Shown: piece by piece, positions 58,467 through 62,122 of the stretch
Layout of the letters: each line of letters opens with the position of its first letter
How positions within the stretch are numbered: the stretch's first letter is position 1
Virus record (IMG/VR): IMGVR_UViG_3300031269_000015
Coordinates: 1 to 62,122 of that record
Strand: one strand, 5' to 3'
Source: a virus
Taxonomy: Duplodnaviria > Caudoviricetes
Length of the DNA: 62,122 nucleotides
The notes under the pieces: model-generated
What the model saw: only the letters and a program-made list of their open reading frames with translations
What the model was told of the DNA's origin: nothing
The model's database searches: none
Made by a program: the position numbers and the translations under genes

Positions 58467-59350
58467 TGGCGACTTTTTACCTTGGACCTTCGGGCGATGA
58501 TGCTAATAATGGGTCGGCAGGTTCGCCGTGGCTTAATCTCAATTATGCACTGAGCAACAGCGGAACGACTGACACTATTGTCATTCAAGAAGGTACAATA
58601 AACCAAACTGCCGGAATTTCAAACGTTAGTATTGGTAACAGAATACTTGTTGGGGGCAGCTCCGATAGTTTAAAAAACATTCTTGATTTTAATGGCCTTG
58701 AAATAGAGAGAATAGGCGCAGCTTCCCTTTCGCGCATTGATGGGTTCACTATACAAAATGTCAGGATGTCTAGCGTTTCAAGGCCTATATTTCAAGGTTC
58801 GTTTGAGCCTCAGTCTTTTGACAGAATGGTTCTTAAGGATATTTGGCTGGCGGGGTATGGCAACGGGTCACTTCCGGCGGGTGGAGTTTTCCAAGATTGC
58901 GTTGCAGCAAACATCACGAACAGCCTTTTCATAAACATACGCGGCGTTGATGGATCGGGCGGGTCGTATTCGTTATTCTCTTACGACCGAGACCCCGGGA
59001 CGATTACGCTTAAAAACTGTACGATATACAGCAACACTGCGGCTGTCACTGGTTCTGTGGAGATTGATCGTATTTTTGCAGTTCGTACAGATCCTGGAGA
59101 AACCGTAAATGTAAACTTGCAAAACACTATCATACTGTACGAAAATGATGGGTTTATTAGTGATTTCTTTTTGAAGTTGGGTGCAGGGACAATCAATGTC
59201 ACAGTGTCATCATCCCTGTTTCATAACGTAGCTTACGACCAAGGAGGTTCCGGCGTTATCACGACCGACCCTCTATTCGTTGACGCGCTAAATGGTGACT
59301 TTCGTCTACGCCCTGCAAGCCCGTGCATCGGGACTGGTAGCCTCACATGA
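58466..59350 (+). CDS. Parallel beta-helix (pectin-lyase-like) protein, putative depolymerase/adhesin
   Basis: FY..PSG.D.N.G....PW start; DPLFVD...GDFRL...SPCI..G end. Confidence 0.7.
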   Translation: MATFYLGPSGDDANNGSAGSPWLNLNYALSNSGTTDTIVIQEGTINQTAGISNVSIGNRILVGGSSDSLKNILDFNGLEIERIGAASLSRIDGFTIQNVRMSSVSRPIFQGSFEPQSFDRMVLKDIWLAGYGNGSLPAGGVFQDCVAANITNSLFINIRGVDGSGGSYSLFSYDRDPGTITLKNCTIYSNTAAVTGSVEIDRIFAVRTDPGETVNVNLQNTIILYENDGFISDFFLKLGAGTINVTVSSSLFHNVAYDQGGSGVITTDPLFVDALNGDFRLRPASPCIGTGSLT

Positions 59351-59712
59351 AGAGCTTAAATAACCATCCGGTTATCATCAGACCTAAAACGGGCCTGAAG
59401 GCGAACATAAACGCAACCGCGACAAAGGCACTTGCGACAGAGGGGGAGCTTCATTGGACAAGTGATACCGCAGAGTTGTTTTCGTTTAACGGAACTGAAA
59501 ACGTCCGCGTTCCTTCCCTTGCGTCGGCTGCGTCTGCGCCGTGGTCCGGTACGTTCACAAATGGTGCCACTGTGACGGTCGAAAATGGCATAACTATTGG
59601 GGCTGCTCCGAGCGCACCAACCATTTCAAGTGATGCTAACAATGGCTTAACAACCGGAACAGATGGAGGTTTATTCGTGACAAATGCGTTAGACCTTGGC
59701 ACTTTCAACTAA
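59347..59712 (+). CDS. Small fibre-joint protein (Mtd_N/hyaluronidase-N-like)
   Basis: I..K.G....L..GEL....DT; ends LDLGTFN. Confidence 0.55.
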   Translation: MKSLNNHPVIIRPKTGLKANINATATKALATEGELHWTSDTAELFSFNGTENVRVPSLASAASAPWSGTFTNGATVTVENGITIGAAPSAPTISSDANNGLTTGTDGGLFVTNALDLGTFN

Positions 59713-59732
59713 CAAAACAAAGGAACGATAAT

Positions 59733-60185
59733 ATGCCTTCGATTCAACAAAAACGCGGCCTCTTTGCAAACCTCCCTTCATCGGCCCTCTTGCCTGGTCA
59801 GATATTCGTCACGACTGACCGTCAGACAGCGCACTTCCCGACAGACGCTACCACGATGGTTCCAGTCGTTCCGGCGATTGATGCTTTAAGCGCGATTGGT
59901 ACGGTTGCAGGTGCAGCTGACTTGCTAATCATGCATGATGCCAGTGCAACGGGTCTGAAGGAAAAAAAGATCACGTTCGATGCGTTCAAAACTGCGCTAA
60001 ATATCCCTGCGGGTTCAACAGACGAACTTGTTGCCGTCGTGGACGGCGGCACGGCAGGATTCATCTGGGGAACTGACGGCACTGACGGCATCTTTCGCAT
60101 GAACACGTCAATGTCTTGGTCAAAAGATGCTGGTGACGGTTTCGTCACTTTGGCCGTTGGTGCGGTAGACTGCGGTACATTCTAA
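59733..60185 (+). CDS. Small fibre-joint protein (Mtd_N-like)
   Basis: IQ.KRG....LP...L..GQ....TD; ends VDCGTF. Confidence 0.6.
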   Translation: MPSIQQKRGLFANLPSSALLPGQIFVTTDRQTAHFPTDATTMVPVVPAIDALSAIGTVAGAADLLIMHDASATGLKEKKITFDAFKTALNIPAGSTDELVAVVDGGTAGFIWGTDGTDGIFRMNTSMSWSKDAGDGFVTLAVGAVDCGTF

Positions 60186-61292
60186 ATGCCAGATGTTCAA
60201 CACAAGAGAGGGACTCGCGCTGATCTTGACACACTAGCCGCAGCTGATGGCCTTCTCGTTGGGCAGATTTATGTCATCACAGACGAAGACCGTTTGGCCG
60301 TTGCAAAGACAATCGGAACGTATCAGACAATGGCAAAGGAGGGCGAGGGGTCCGCCGCTCCTTTCTCCTTCTGCCAAGTACGCAACACGGACACATCGAC
60401 TAACATCAATGTAAGCACTGCCGCAAACATCCCGTTCGGCGGAACAAACGACGCAACAGACTCGGACTACACTTTGGCCAGTGACAGCATCACAGTCAAC
60501 TTTGATGGGGTTGTAAGTGTACAGGCGCACATATCCCAAAGCGGGTCAGTAGCGCGATCAAACGTCGGTATCTGGATCACAAATAATAATACTAAGGTCA
60601 GTGGTGTGGGACAGTCGGGTTACATCCGCGCTGCAAGCGGCCATAATGAGTCATCTTCACATGTGAGTGCTACGTTCGCTGTGTCTGACGGAGATGTTAT
60701 CCGCGTTCAGGGCAAACAGCGCGCGGCATCTGGCACCGTTAACCAAATAGCAGGCGAAAGCCAAGTCACGGTGTACCGTTGTGATGGTGTAGCAGGGCCA
60801 GCAGGGCCAGCAGGGCCAGCAGGTGGTTTGCTTGCGTCTAACAACCTGTCAGACGTTGCAAACGCGGGGACATCAAGAACAAACCTCGGCCTTGCGATTG
60901 GCACCGACGTGCAGGCATACGACGCGGACACGCTCAAGGCAGACACGACGGCAAACCTCACGGCAGCGTTCACAGCCGCAATTGATGACGACGGCACGAT
61001 AACGACAGGAACCTACACGCCCACCACGGCGGCAGGGTCGCAATATAAAAAGATCATTGGTGGTGGCGCGTTTACATTGGCACCACCTGTTGTTGCGACC
61101 AACACAGCCACCACGCTTTCCCTGTTCATCATCAATAATTCCAGCGCGGGGGCAATCACGACAAGCGGTTTTGACAAGGTTGCGGGCGACGACTTCACAA
61201 CCACAAACGGGGATAAGTTCTCTTGCCGAATTGAGGTCAATGACATCGGCGGGACGGAGTATTCGACCCTTACTGTGCTGGCAATGCAATGA
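60186..61292 (+). CDS. Fibre protein with Mtd_N-like, C1q-like and short collagen segments
   Basis: VQHKRGT..., (GPA)3, NNLSDV....SRTNLGL.IG.DVQAYD. Confidence 0.7.
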   Translation: MPDVQHKRGTRADLDTLAAADGLLVGQIYVITDEDRLAVAKTIGTYQTMAKEGEGSAAPFSFCQVRNTDTSTNINVSTAANIPFGGTNDATDSDYTLASDSITVNFDGVVSVQAHISQSGSVARSNVGIWITNNNTKVSGVGQSGYIRAASGHNESSSHVSATFAVSDGDVIRVQGKQRAASGTVNQIAGESQVTVYRCDGVAGPAGPAGPAGGLLASNNLSDVANAGTSRTNLGLAIGTDVQAYDADTLKADTTANLTAAFTAAIDDDGTITTGTYTPTTAAGSQYKKIIGGGAFTLAPPVVATNTATTLSLFIINNSSAGAITTSGFDKVAGDDFTTTNGDKFSCRIEVNDIGGTEYSTLTVLAMQ

Positions 61293-61969
61293 CTTTGATT
61301 TTACCAATGATCGGGTCGGGTTACATCCCAGCGGGCGGGGGTGGCACTCCTAACAGCACAATCTTATCCAGCTTTGCAACGTCTTCATTGCAACCATCTG
61401 GACTAGCTTACGATGGGACTAATCTAATTAGTTGTGATTACTTCTCTGACACAATCTATATTCACGATGGTGTTTCATCAACAATTCTTTCAAGTTTTGC
61501 TTCGCCTTCATCGCAACCATTTGGACTAGCTTACAATGGAGCCAACTTGATTAGTTGTGACAGAAGCGGCAGCACAATCTATATTCACGATGGTGTTTCA
61601 TCAACGATTTTATCCAGCTTTGCTTCGCCTTCATTGCGGCCATATGGACTAACTTACGATGGAGCCAACTTGATTAGCTGTGATTTTGATTCCGACACAA
61701 TTTACATCCACGATGGTGTTTCGTCTACAATCTTATCCAGCTTTGCTTCGCCTTCGTCGCGGCCATCTGGACTAGCTTACGATGGGACTAACTTAATTAG
61801 TTGTGATTTCTTCTCCGACACAATCTATATTCACGATGGTGTTTCATCAACAATTCTTTCAAGTTTTGCTTCGCCCTCATTGCTACCATCTGGACTAACT
61901 TACGATGGAGCCAACTTGATTAGCTGCGACCAACTCTCCGACACAATCTACAAGCATGGAAATTCATAG
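61289..61969 (+). CDS. Beta-propeller-type repeat protein (five 41-aa units)
   Basis: 123-bp repeats at 61358, 61481, 61604, 61727 and 61850; P.GL.YDG.NL...D.....IY. Confidence 0.8.
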   Translation: MTLILPMIGSGYIPAGGGGTPNSTILSSFATSSLQPSGLAYDGTNLISCDYFSDTIYIHDGVSSTILSSFASPSSQPFGLAYNGANLISCDRSGSTIYIHDGVSSTILSSFASPSLRPYGLTYDGANLISCDFDSDTIYIHDGVSSTILSSFASPSSRPSGLAYDGTNLISCDFFSDTIYIHDGVSSTILSSFASPSLLPSGLTYDGANLISCDQLSDTIYKHGNS

Positions 61970-61979
61970 AGGGTAAACC

Positions 61980-62122
61980 ATGAAACTAGCACACATCAAA
62001 GACGGAAAAGTAATTCGCACTTACCACGGCACGGGGCGGGTGACGTTTGAAAACGGCGACACAGTTTCACCGCCGACCGCTGGCGTCCACGGGATCGAAC
62101 GGCTTATTCCTGTTGTTGATGT
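61980..62122 (+). CDS. 5' part of the junction-spanning gene
   Basis: GAGGG RBS; frame open to the window end. Confidence 0.7.
   Translation, partial: MKLAHIKDGKVIRTYHGTGRVTFENGDTVSPPTAGVHGIERLIPVVD
62057..62122. repeat. Terminal direct repeat, right copy
   Basis: Matches 1-66 with one mismatch. Confidence 0.95.

Noticed and set aside
61289-61969. Diversity-generating retroelement TR/VR pair
   Set aside because: No reverse transcriptase; repeats are in-frame tandem units and differences are not adenine-specific
1-62122. Genome-wide stop-codon reassignment
   Set aside because: Core genes are intact in the standard code, and TAG terminates normal genes (e.g. 7492, 24005, 24935, 40663)
1-62122. 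7-deazaguanine pathway as the cause of the GA bias
   Set aside because: No recognisable folE/queD/queE/queC/dpdA ORFs; the visible modification genes act on dUMP/thymidine. A highly diverged dpdA among the hypotheticals is not formally excluded.

Overview
Essentially complete, circularly permuted ~62 kb genome of a long-tailed dsDNA phage. The 66-nt ends are redundant and one ORF runs across the junction. Gene content and order resemble YuA/M6/phiJL001-type siphoviruses (from recall, not a search). Promoter style, GANTC-bearing repeats and PhaR-like boxes hint at an alphaproteobacterial host. Nearly all genes are on the + strand. Modules: TerL-portal-scaffold-capsid-neck-tail-tape measure-tail tip-fibre (0.4-19.5 kb); lysis (19.5-21.3 kb); replication and nucleotide metabolism with SNF2 and RecD-like helicases, SSB, class II RNR, PolA, primase-helicase and ligase, plus a thymidine-hypermodification cluster (21.6-41.8 kb); an array of small accessory genes, many with their own promoter and a GGCTACC leader (41.7-55.5 kb); putative TerS; a repeat-rich control region; and a second fibre-like gene block upstream of TerL. 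No integrase, CRISPR array or reverse transcriptase was seen. The three strongest signals are: (1) a promoter-to-terminator unit encoding a conserved 247-aa protein followed by a ~440-nt structured RNA holding a circularly permuted tRNA module (Y RNA/YrlA-like, but no Ro60 gene), a second CCA-ended cloverleaf and (AGACTG)3; (2) discrete islands almost free of GA/TC dinucleotides in a GA/TC-rich genome, possibly modification-free windows; (3) a dUMP-hydroxymethylase + 5-hmdU-kinase-family + glycosyltransferase cluster predicting a sugar-bearing thymidine. All annotations come from reading the sequence and recognising motifs; no searches or folding programs were run.
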